Positions 1 through 9,700 of a DNA stretch of 64,000 bases are shown one piece after another. Where the stretch lies: NCBI GenBank assembly GCA_040752575.1, contig JBFMGK010000067.1, positions 1,931-65,930 on the forward strand, in the 5' to 3' direction. The notes below the pieces were generated by a model, which did not search any database, was not told the DNA's origin, and worked only from the letters and a program-made list of their open reading frames with translations. Source of the stretch: Candidatus Bipolaricaulota bacterium. Lineage in GTDB: Bacteria > Bipolaricaulota > Bipolaricaulia > UBA7950 > UBA9294. The translations under genes were made by a program, and so were the position numbers. How positions within the stretch are numbered: the stretch's first letter is position 1; each line of letters begins with the position of its first letter.

Positions 1-112
1 CCGGTCCGCGGAGATGCGTGCAGGCCGGCGAGTCTTCCCTTGCGCCGCCCCCGGCTGATCACACGGAGTCCCGCAAGCCCGGCGAGGAAGGCTTCGTCGA
101 GGAGTCGGTCCG

Positions 113-1092
<980 letters not shown>

Positions 1093-1096
<4 letters not shown>

Positions 1097-2577
1097 GGTT
1101 CTCCTTGCGTGATGGTCTCGAAATAGACCCTGACAACGTCGTGACGACTCGTGGGGAGATCCCGCGCGACGAGGAGCGTTCGCAGCGCCTCGCCGTCGAA
1201 TCCAGGACCTCCCACGACATCCGCCGCGTCCGCCGGCGGCTCGAACGGGATGCCTTTCGTGAAGAACCGGCGCAGGTCTCCGCTCGCGCCGAGTTCCGTG
1301 AGGAGCTCGCCAAGGACGAAACCCGCTCCGCTCGAGCGGGAGGGAGGGTCGTTGTCCGGGCGTCGGGACGCGGTACCTCCTTGCTCCTCGGGCGGAAAGG
1401 CCACAGAGCCGAGATCGTCGCTGTCGATCTGCGCATCCGACAACGCAACTTGGCCGGGCGCTTCGGGGACGCCGTCGCTCGACGTTCCTTCGAGACTGCC
1501 TTCGGCCAGCGCGCGTTCCGCTTCGCTCCCGGAGGCCTCTTCTTCGTCGCCGCGCCCGCTCTCCAGGGGAGGTTCTTCCAGGTCCTCGGCCGCCGCGACG
1601 CCCGCGCCGCCGAGCAGCCGCCTTGAAGCCTCAAGCTGATCCTCGAGCTTCGCAGCGTCCTGTTCGTCGATCATGGCGAGGAGAAGCTGGCGCAACCGGG
1701 GATCCGGCACGCTCTCTGCCATCTCCCGTAGCGCGGCCTTGTCCTCGTCGGTCAATTGCAGCCCACGGCCCGAGTTTTCCTGGCCGCGCCGCGCGATGCG
1801 CGACAGGAGATCCGACAGCGACTCACCCGTCCCCGCGTCGCCCGCCGACCTCGCGCCGGCGTCCGTCTCCGACGGCTCGCCGAAGACCGTGGCCGAAGGC
1901 GGGGTCGGCAGAATCTCCGCCAGCGCGTCCTCATAGGGCGCTGCGAGCTCGCCTTCGCTCGAAGACGCCCGCGCGACACCGGTCGAGAGCTCACGGGGGG
2001 TGAAACTGGCCGCGCGCTCCTTAGAGATCTCGACCCGCGCTTCCTCGTACCCCGTCTCCTCGGCGGGAACGCTACGTGCCGACGGAGCCTCGGTCGTACG
2101 TTCGCCGACGGTCCCCACCGTGAGCGCAAGGGCGAGGGCCAGCGCGCTGGCTCCCGCGATCAGAACATCGCGAGCGCGAAGCCGCACGACGCGTCGCCAG
2201 GGCCACTCGATCTTGCCGATCTCGTCCTCGACCCGGCAGCGGAGTTCGGACGCCCCCCCCCGGCAGCGAAGTTCGTGCCAGGAGCAGAGGCGCTCGCCCG
2301 TCCCCAACGCCAAATCCACCGAGAGGAGCAGCCGCGGGATATCCACGCGTCGCCTCCGGCCGAGGAGGAACCCCAGTGCCCCAGAAGCCGCAACCAGCAC
2401 CGCAAGGCAGAGAACGAGCTGCCGAGGGACAGCCAGGCCGAGAAACCGCTCTGCAAGCGCCAAAGCGAGCAGCAGCCCGGCCGAGATGGCGAGCGCGCCG
2501 CTCGCCGTTCGGAAGCCGAGGTGCCTGCGATGAGCGCGGAGGATCCTCTGCTCGAGTCGTACGGGATCAAGTGGCAT
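1093..2577 (-). CDS. hypothetical membrane protein with a long acidic low-complexity linker (MoxR-associated)
   Basis: Translation shows two N-terminal TM segments, a third TM near residue 150, and then ~250 aa of D/E/A/S/G-rich low complexity. ATGA overlap with moxR. The start is uncertain (ORF-track start 2628, second Met at about 2577). Confidence 0.5.
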
Positions 2578-3214
2578 GGCGCACCCCGCGGCGAAGCCAC
2601 AGCAACACGGCTGCCGACGCGACGGCAAGCATCGGCGTCCCTACGGCAAGAAGAGACTCCCACGCGGCGGCGCCGGCGAGCATCCGGCGCGCCGCGCCAA
2701 CGGGCGAGATCAGGGGAGCTCCCACGAGGGGAACCGCGATCCAGGCGAACAAGAACAGCCACACGGCCCCGGTTGCCCCGCGGATGCCCGCCGCAGCCAA
2801 CGCCAACCATGCCATGGCGAGCGACACCAGCCCCGAGATACAGAGCACGAGTCCGACGGACGCGAAGTCGCCCGAGAACACGGCAACCGAGTAGGCGAGA
2901 TACGGGAGACAGGCCACCTCGCCCAGCGCGACGCCGAGCGCGGCGTGAGAGAGGGCCCTTCGCGTCGGGCCTGCCGATGCGGCAACCGCCGTCCCCACCC
3001 ACCGTCCGAACAGCGCGGTGGCGAAGACCAGGACGTCGAAGAACAAGAAGGACAAGTCGAGCCCGATGGTCCGCGCGAGGCCGCTGGCCGACGTGAGATC
3101 GCCGACCGCTGTCGCGGCGGGGATCGAGAGAAGGAGCGCCAACCCACAGGCCGCAGAGAGATCCAAGACAGGCCTCCAGAGCTCGCTGTGGAAGGCGCCT
3201 TCGAACCTAGCCAC
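2567..3214 (-). CDS. hypothetical integral membrane protein (5–6 TM)
   Basis: 215 aa, very hydrophobic (A/L/G/V-rich helices). Short overlaps with both neighbours suggest translational coupling. No recognisable catalytic motif. Confidence 0.5.
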   Translation of the reverse strand: MARFEGAFHSELWRPVLDLSAACGLALLLSIPAATAVGDLTSASGLARTIGLDLSFLFFDVLVFATALFGRWVGTAVAASAGPTRRALSHAALGVALGEVACLPYLAYSVAVFSGDFASVGLVLCISGLVSLAMAWLALAAAGIRGATGAVWLFLFAWIAVPLVGAPLISPVGAARRMLAGAAAWESLLAVGTPMLAVASAAVLLWLRRGVRHAT

Positions 3215-5057
3215 GCTTCACCTCCGCGACGATCACATGAACGCTGCTCACGCGCGTCAGCGTCCCCGGCGACGATCTCGCCGAGCGAACCTCGCCCGCC
3301 ACAAGCCACGCGTTGCCCTCGCCCGCCAGAAGCGGCGCCACAACGGTCAGGACGCGGTCAAGTGCTGGGTTCAGAGCGTACTCAGGATACGCCGTCACGT
3401 GGGGCAAGTCTTCGACTCGAACCCGGTCTTCACCCGGCTTGACCGCGGGAAGGCGGTAGGCGCGGCCTTCCGTGACGAGCCACGCCGCGGGCCATATCTC
3501 CGGCAGGCGGCTGGCCAGACGCAACGTGCCGTCCTCGTTCAGCGTCGCCTCAAGCTCTTCGCCCGCGTCGGCACACGCGGCAAAGAGCCGCCGCTCATGC
3601 GACGCGAGCTCGAAGCGAACGACGCCTTCGGCGACCTCGTATGCGGCCGGTGCGGGAGGACCGGTCAACCGGGAGATCTCATAGGGCGTCCCGCCCAGCG
3701 GAAGCGCGACCTCGCACACCGCCCGCGTTGCCGACTGGAGAGAGGAGCAGGCCAGGCTGACGCCGACCGGTCCCAGCCAGGAGACCCGCACATCGGCGCG
3801 ATAGACGTCGCTCACCGTATGGGGCAGGCCATAGAGCAGGGCCCCTGCACTCAGCGCAAGGCTGACGGTCACAAGCCACGCGGCGGCGCGCCGCCTTCGG
3901 GCCGCCCAGCGGGTAAGCCCCAGGCAAAGCGCCAGGAGCGACCACGCCGAGACGGCGGACGGCCGGTCCAAGGCCATCGCCTCGAGAAACTCGTCCGTTA
4001 CGGTCTCGAGGCTCAGCGTCTGCGCTCGCGGCACAAGCCGGCGCACCACCTCCGCATCGCCGGCCGTGAGCGCATCCGGATCTCCATCGATCAGGGTGAC
4101 GGTTCCCATCCCGTACCGTCGCGCGAAGATCCACGGCTTGCCCTCCCGTTCAGCCAGGATCGACGCCCCCTCCCGAAGCTGCGGGCCCTCTCCCTCGGCG
4201 TCGCTCCGGTCGACGGTCCATGGCGATCGGGCGATCGGCAGGAGATCGCGCAACCGTGGGGCATCCAGCAGCGCGAGATCCTCGCCCCCGAGAACCGCGA
4301 GCGATCCTCCCGCGACGACCCAACGCGCCAACGCATCCCACGAGGCACTGCCAAGCCCGCCGGGGATCACGCCGATCCAAACGCTCTCCGCCGCGGCGTA
4401 CGCTGCCCAGTCGGCGGGCAGGTCCGCCGCATCGAGTGCGACCACCGACTCGGCCAGCAGCGCAGGCAGCCGTCCCACGCCGACGGCAAACGGCACCGCT
4501 CGCTGGCGCGCGCGCAGGTTGACCTCACGCTCCGCGACGACGACCCTATCGGCATCCATGAGTCTCAGGACCACGGGGAAGACCGTTTCGTGAACCAGAA
4601 GGACGCCGCGGTACGAAGCGCTCGCCGCCGGGGCCAGAGCGATCTCCACGTCCTTGCGCGCCTGGGGCTCCAACGGGCTCCCCGCAACTTGAAGAACCTG
4701 CAGAGACACCGCCTGACGTTCAGCCGGCGTGCCCTCCACATGCAACGGAGCCGGCCGCCCGGGTACGACGTACCCGCCAAGCCCGAGCGTCGCATCAAAC
4801 CCCGCTGCGACAAGAGAACCCAGCCCGCAGAGAACGGCCGCGGAGAGAATCGCGAAGCAAGCCAGTCGATGCAGGCCCGCGAACGAGAGGAGGCGAAGCG
4901 CCTCCGCGGCGGGTCCGCCGCCCGAGCACTGCCTCTCTGCCGCCCGCCTTATCGTCACGTGACGACTGTACCGCCCCGACCGCTCCCAGAACGAGGCCAA
5001 CCCCGTGGGAGGGCGAGACATCGCGCGTCGACGCCGAACAGCCCCGGCGAGCCCCAT
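3207..5057 (-). CDS. hypothetical membrane-anchored protein, DUF4350/GldG-like domain suspected
   Basis: 616 aa. N-terminal TM, a large domain with GGSLAVLGGE-type glycine motifs, a central TM pair and a C-terminal domain. ATG at 5057 lies 21 nt after the OppF stop. The family assignment is from memory of MoxR neighbourhoods, not a search. Confidence 0.45.
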   Translation of the reverse strand: MGLAGAVRRRRAMSRPPTGLASFWERSGRYSRHVTIRRAAERQCSGGGPAAEALRLLSFAGLHRLACFAILSAAVLCGLGSLVAAGFDATLGLGGYVVPGRPAPLHVEGTPAERQAVSLQVLQVAGSPLEPQARKDVEIALAPAASASYRGVLLVHETVFPVVLRLMDADRVVVAEREVNLRARQRAVPFAVGVGRLPALLAESVVALDAADLPADWAAYAAAESVWIGVIPGGLGSASWDALARWVVAGGSLAVLGGEDLALLDAPRLRDLLPIARSPWTVDRSDAEGEGPQLREGASILAEREGKPWIFARRYGMGTVTLIDGDPDALTAGDAEVVRRLVPRAQTLSLETVTDEFLEAMALDRPSAVSAWSLLALCLGLTRWAARRRRAAAWLVTVSLALSAGALLYGLPHTVSDVYRADVRVSWLGPVGVSLACSSLQSATRAVCEVALPLGGTPYEISRLTGPPAPAAYEVAEGVVRFELASHERRLFAACADAGEELEATLNEDGTLRLASRLPEIWPAAWLVTEGRAYRLPAVKPGEDRVRVEDLPHVTAYPEYALNPALDRVLTVVAPLLAGEGNAWLVAGEVRSARSSPGTLTRVSSVHVIVAEVKRG

Positions 5058-5078
5058 GCCCGCCGGGACTTTCGGATC

Positions 5079-6149
5079 CTAGGCACTCGCGTTCTTGCGC
5101 CGAACTCCAAGCGAAGCCTCGGACGTCCGGGCCGCCGGCCCCAGCCGGCGAATCTCGTCGTACCGTCTACACGCGACGAAGTGCCCGCCGCCGACGTCGA
5201 CGAGCGTCGGCTCTTCCTCTTCCCAGCATTCCCGTACCGCGTAGAGACAGCGCGGGTGGAAGCGACAGCCCGGCGGGATGTTCGTCGCGGCAGGGATCTC
5301 GCCCTTGATCGGCACATCCTTGTCTTGGTTCACGCGCCCGGCGACGGGCTCGCACACCGCGCCGATCAGCGCCTTCGTGTACGGGTGTAAGGCCTCATCG
5401 ATCACGGTGCCGCCGCGCCCCATCTCGATGATCCGCCCGAGGTACATCACGGCGAGCCGGTCGACGAAGTAGCGCGCCGTCGAGAGGTCGTGCGTAACGT
5501 AGATGTACGTGAGCCCCATCTCGCGCTGGAGTTGCTTCATCATGTAGAGAATCTCGGCTCGCGTCGAGAGGTCGATCATCGAGACCGGCTCGTCCGCGAC
5601 GATGATGCTCGGGTTGAGCATGAGCGTTCGAGCCGTCGCCGCACGTTGCCGCTGGCCTCCGCTCAGCATGTGCGGATGCCGCACGAGGAACTCGTCTGGA
5701 GGCGACAGCTTGACCTCCTGGAGGATCTCGCGCACCCACGCGTCGCGCTCGGACTCGGACTTGCCCACCTTATGGATCTCCAGCGGCTCCATGAGCACGT
5801 CGCGAATCGTGAACCGCGGGTTCATCGACGAGTACGGATCCTGGAAGATCATCTGGACATCTCGGCGGTGCTCGGCCAGCGCCGAACCGCGAACGTGCGT
5901 CGCGTCCCGCCCCTTCACCGTGAGCTTCCCGTCGGTGATCTCCAGGAGCTTCATAATGAGCTTGCCCGTCGTCGTCTTTCCGCAACCGGACTCGCCGACC
6001 AGGCCGAAGATTTCGCCCTTGTTGACCGAGAAGGAGACTCCGTCAACGGCGCGGACCCACGTGCGCTCGCCCCGCAGCACCTGCCGCAGAGACCGCTTCA
6101 CCGGGAACCACTTCGTCAGGTTCTCCACCGTCAAGATCGGCTCAGTCAT
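5079..6149 (-). CDS. oppF: oligopeptide/dipeptide ABC transporter ATP-binding protein (OppF/DppF-like)
   Basis: 356 aa. Walker A GESGCGKTT, ABC signature LSGGQRQR, Walker B ADEPVS. C-terminal Opp-type extension with CRFHPRC cysteine motif. Confidence 0.9.
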   Translation of the reverse strand: MTEPILTVENLTKWFPVKRSLRQVLRGERTWVRAVDGVSFSVNKGEIFGLVGESGCGKTTTGKLIMKLLEITDGKLTVKGRDATHVRGSALAEHRRDVQMIFQDPYSSMNPRFTIRDVLMEPLEIHKVGKSESERDAWVREILQEVKLSPPDEFLVRHPHMLSGGQRQRAATARTLMLNPSIIVADEPVSMIDLSTRAEILYMMKQLQREMGLTYIYVTHDLSTARYFVDRLAVMYLGRIIEMGRGGTVIDEALHPYTKALIGAVCEPVAGRVNQDKDVPIKGEIPAATNIPPGCRFHPRCLYAVRECWEEEEPTLVDVGGGHFVACRRYDEIRRLGPAARTSEASLGVRRKNASA

Positions 6150-7119
6150 GGAAGCACCTCCAACACGCGACCAGGTGATCGGGCTCGATCTCGCGCAGCA
6201 TGATGTCGTCGCGCGAGCACCGCTCCATCACGACCGCACAGCGCGGGTGGAAGCGACATCCCGTAGGCGGATCGACGAGATCCGGCGGGGTCCCCGGGAT
6301 GAACGCGAGTTCCGCAACCTCCTCGTGCAGTCGCGGGGTCGCGGCGAGGAGGCGTTGGGTGTAGGGGTGAGCTGGTCCCTGCGGACCGTAGATCTGGTCG
6401 TTGGTCCCCAGTTCGGCGATGCGTCCCGCGTACATCACCAGGATGCGGTCGGATACCTCGGCCTCGATGGACAGGTCGTGCGTGATGAAGATGAACGACA
6501 GCCCGAGCTCGGCCTTGAGGTCTTTGAGCAGATTGATGATCTGGGCCTGGACGACCACGTCCAGGGCCGTCGTCGGCTCGTCGCAGATCACGACCTTCGG
6601 CTCGAGGAAGAGCGCCATCGCGATGACGACGCGCTGCTTCATGCCGCCCGACAGCTCGTGCGGGTACCGCGACAGCACGTCGTCGGGTAGTCCGACGAGG
6701 TTGAGATACTGCTTCATGCGGCGTTCGATCTCCGGTTTCGGCATCTCGCGGTGCTGCAGGAGCGTCTCGCGCATCTGCTTGCGGATCGTGTACACCGGCG
6801 TGAGGCAGTTCATCGCGCCCTGGAAGACCATGGCCACGTTCTCCCAACGCACGCGCCGCCGGACCTCGTTCTCGGACAGCTTCAGGATGTCCTGGCCGTC
6901 GACCCGGATCTCGCCGCCGACGATCCGGCCCGGCGGAGTCGGCATCTTCAGAAGAGCGGTCCCCATCGTCGTTTTACCACATCCCGATTCGCCGACGACG
7001 CCCAGTGTTTCTCCGCGCCTCAAGAAGAAGGAGAGCTTGTCGACCGCCTTCACAACGCCCTTGCGGGTGAAGTAGTGCAGCTCGAGGTCCTTCACTTCGA
7101 GGACTCGTTCCTTCTCCAT
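6142..7119 (-). CDS. oppD: oligopeptide/dipeptide ABC transporter ATP-binding protein (OppD/DppD-like)
   Basis: 325 aa. GESGCGKTT, LSGGMKQR, ICDEPTTALD. C-terminal CRFHPRC motif. 8-nt overlap with oppF. Confidence 0.9.
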   Translation of the reverse strand: MEKERVLEVKDLELHYFTRKGVVKAVDKLSFFLRRGETLGVVGESGCGKTTMGTALLKMPTPPGRIVGGEIRVDGQDILKLSENEVRRRVRWENVAMVFQGAMNCLTPVYTIRKQMRETLLQHREMPKPEIERRMKQYLNLVGLPDDVLSRYPHELSGGMKQRVVIAMALFLEPKVVICDEPTTALDVVVQAQIINLLKDLKAELGLSFIFITHDLSIEAEVSDRILVMYAGRIAELGTNDQIYGPQGPAHPYTQRLLAATPRLHEEVAELAFIPGTPPDLVDPPTGCRFHPRCAVVMERCSRDDIMLREIEPDHLVACWRCFHD

Positions 7120-7122
7120 GAC

Positions 7123-8520
7123 CTACCTCGTTTTCAACCTTGGGTTCAGAATCGTATCCATTGCGAAGCCCATGAACGCGAACGTCATCCCCATGAACGC
7201 AATCGCAAGGCCCGGCGGCACGATCCACCACCAGATCCCTTGGAGAACCGCCCCGCTCGAGAACGCATCGAACAGGATCTGCCCCCACGTCACGACCGTC
7301 GCGTCGCCGAGGCCGATGAGGCTCACGCTGGCCTCGTAAGTGATCGCCCCAGGGACGGCAAGCGCCATCGAAGCGAACGCATAGGGAACGAGTTGCGGCA
7401 GCATGTGACGGAATAGAATCCGCCGATGGCTCGCGCCGAGGCCGTGTGCAGCCTCGATGTACGTATTCTCCTTGATCTGCAGCGCGATCGAACGCACCGT
7501 CTTCACCGGACCCGTCCAGAAGAACAGGCACATGAGCGCGATCATGAGCCAGATGCTGGGCTTGAACACGGCGCTCAACACGATAAGGATCGGGAGGAGC
7601 GGGATGTTCACCGCCACCTCGAAGACCCGGTTCATGAGGGCGTCGACCCAGCCGCCGAAGTAGCCCGAGGTCACGCCATAGATCACGCCAACGATCACCG
7701 AGATGAGCGACGTCAGCAACCCGATGATCAGCGCCCACTTCGTCCCGGCGATGAGCCCGCTCCAGAGGTCGCGCTTCTGGCCGTCGGTCCCGAGGAGCCC
7801 CGACACGCCACCGGCGACGATCAGCTCGGCCTTGTCGACCCGCGCCTCGTCGCTTGCCAGAGCCACTTGCAGGCGCAAGTGGTACGTCCCCTGCACAACC
7901 TCGGGATTCGTGAGCACTCCGGGTTTCGCTTCGCCGAACAGGATCGGAACGGCGTCGATCTGCTTCGGGTTCTTCGTCGCCGCGACGGCGGGATCGTCGG
8001 CCGAAGCCATCATCTGGAAGACGCGCTCGCGCAAGTTCTGGTCGATCGAGATGCGGAGTTCTTGCGCTCCCGTCGAGGTCGTCGACTTCTGGTACGTCAT
8101 GGACCGGCCGTCGGGACGCTCGACGAGAAGCGAGTACGTCACGCGGCCGGTGATCGTCATCTTGAGGACCAGGTCCTTCGGCGGCCGCCCGGCCTGGAAC
8201 GCATACGGAAAGTCCATGCTGACGATGCGCATCGTCCCAACCTGCGATTCGCTCAAGCCTTCGGGTTCAAGGACCTGCGACACGGCGTAGTCCTTGCCGG
8301 TGAACCAATTCACCCAGACGGGCAGCGCGTAGCGCGGGCCGTCGGCCCAGTACAGCATGTCCCGCCAACGCGAGTTCACCTCGCCGTACGAGAGCAGGAA
8401 CGGCTCGCACGCGACAATGAGCAGGAAGACGACGAACAGCGCCGCCCCCACCATGCCGAAGCGCACCTGCCGGAACTCCCGCAGCAGGGTCCGCAGTTGA
8501 GACCCTTGGTCGCGTCTCAT
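7123..8520 (-). CDS. oppC: oligopeptide ABC transporter permease (OppC/DppC-like)
   Basis: The ORF-track start at 8685 overlaps the upstream gene. The in-frame ATG at 8520 forms an ATGA overlap with the OppB stop. Long extracytoplasmic loop, then the conserved permease core with the EAA-like loop (IEAAHGLGAS). Confidence 0.85.
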   Translation of the reverse strand: MRRDQGSQLRTLLREFRQVRFGMVGAALFVVFLLIVACEPFLLSYGEVNSRWRDMLYWADGPRYALPVWVNWFTGKDYAVSQVLEPEGLSESQVGTMRIVSMDFPYAFQAGRPPKDLVLKMTITGRVTYSLLVERPDGRSMTYQKSTTSTGAQELRISIDQNLRERVFQMMASADDPAVAATKNPKQIDAVPILFGEAKPGVLTNPEVVQGTYHLRLQVALASDEARVDKAELIVAGGVSGLLGTDGQKRDLWSGLIAGTKWALIIGLLTSLISVIVGVIYGVTSGYFGGWVDALMNRVFEVAVNIPLLPILIVLSAVFKPSIWLMIALMCLFFWTGPVKTVRSIALQIKENTYIEAAHGLGASHRRILFRHMLPQLVPYAFASMALAVPGAITYEASVSLIGLGDATVVTWGQILFDAFSSGAVLQGIWWWIVPPGLAIAFMGMTFAFMGFAMDTILNPRLKTR

Positions 8521-9566
8521 GCCTTGCCTCCCACTTTCACGCGCGGGTCGAGGAACCCGTAGATCAGATCGAGAAACGCCAGCCCTAGGATGTAGAGCCC
8601 GGTCGTCAGCGAGAGGTTCCCCATCAAGACGGGAATGTCGTTCTGCTGCACCGACTGCCAGTACAGGCTGCCCATTCCGGGCCAACTGAAGATGCCCTCG
8701 AAGATGATCGCGCCGAAGATCGATCCGAGCAAACCGAGCACCGACATCGTGACGATCGGCGGCGCCGACGACCGCAAGGTGTGCCCGAACAGCACGCGCC
8801 GCTCAGAGATGCCGCGCGCGCGCGCCGACATGATGAAATCCTCCTGCAGCGTCCCAAGCACGATGTTGCGCGTGATGTAGGCGATGCCCCAGAAGCCGAG
8901 CACGACGAGCGTTGCGACGGGGAGGACCATGTGATAGAGCAGGTCGAGCGTGTAGGCGAATCCTTCCGGCGGCGGCGTCGAGTGCATCGACCCCGACGGG
9001 AAGATCGGCAGGACAAACGCGAACAGCATAATGAACAGCATCCCGAGCCACCACGCCGGCATCCCGAACACGACCATCGTCCCGATCGACGTCGTGCGGT
9101 CCATGAGTCCGCCGGCCTTGCGCGCCTTGCGCAGCCCGAGCCAGACCCCGAACACGATGTCGAACACCGAGACGGTCGCGAACAACAGCATCGTACGCGG
9201 AATGCGCTCGGTGACGATCCTCAGCACGTCCTGCTCACCGGTCATCGCCCGGATGATGGTCGATTGGCCGTAGCGGAAGGTGATCGTGTCGATGGCGCGC
9301 CAGAAAATGCGGCTCAACATCGGCTCGTCGAGGTGGTACATGGCCGTCAGCTCGGCGCGCCGGCTCTCCTGCCAGACGAGCAGGGCGTTCGGATCTCGAC
9401 CGATCGTGGTCTGAAGCGCCCGCGACTCGCCACGCACGATCTCGACGATCTGCGCCCGCATCGTGCGGTCGGCGACGGCGTTGAACAGGGCCGAGAAGAT
9501 GAACACGATGACTGCGAAGATCAGGAAGGCCCAAACCAAGCGGCGAACCGCGTACTTCCAGTACAT
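8517..9566 (-). CDS. oppB: oligopeptide ABC transporter permease (OppB/DppB-like)
   Basis: 349 aa. N-terminal TM followed by a periplasmic loop. Conserved permease motif region ARARGISERRVLFGHTLR. Confidence 0.9.
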   Translation of the reverse strand: MYWKYAVRRLVWAFLIFAVIVFIFSALFNAVADRTMRAQIVEIVRGESRALQTTIGRDPNALLVWQESRRAELTAMYHLDEPMLSRIFWRAIDTITFRYGQSTIIRAMTGEQDVLRIVTERIPRTMLLFATVSVFDIVFGVWLGLRKARKAGGLMDRTTSIGTMVVFGMPAWWLGMLFIMLFAFVLPIFPSGSMHSTPPPEGFAYTLDLLYHMVLPVATLVVLGFWGIAYITRNIVLGTLQEDFIMSARARGISERRVLFGHTLRSSAPPIVTMSVLGLLGSIFGAIIFEGIFSWPGMGSLYWQSVQQNDIPVLMGNLSLTTGLYILGLAFLDLIYGFLDPRVKVGGKA

Positions 9567-9700
9567 GGCGCTCCCATCTCCTTTCTGTCTCGTGCAACAA
9601 GGCGGGCGGTGCCGGCGCCAAGGCGCTTGACACCGCCCGCCCCCCTAATGCCTAGTCCTTCCTTGGGTCTCCGAGCCTGCGCTCGGCCGCCTCTCCAAGA

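Noticed and set aside
2567-2628. 62-nt overlap between the 215-aa membrane-protein gene and the ORF-track start of the 511-aa gene
   Set aside because: It is probably an over-extended ORF-track start. The second Met (about 2577) reduces the overlap to 11 nt. It is not interpreted as programmed frameshifting.
3018-5390. Long plus-strand ORF (790 aa) antisense to the MoxR-associated genes and oppF. Similar antisense ORFs occur at 9983–12220, 17634–19967, 31640–33625 and 40758–42254.
   Set aside because: The translations are Arg/Pro/Ala-rich low-complexity sequence with no motifs. The opposite strand encodes proteins with clear conserved motifs (Walker A, ABC signature, SBP folds). Such long stop-free antisense frames are typical of high-GC DNA.
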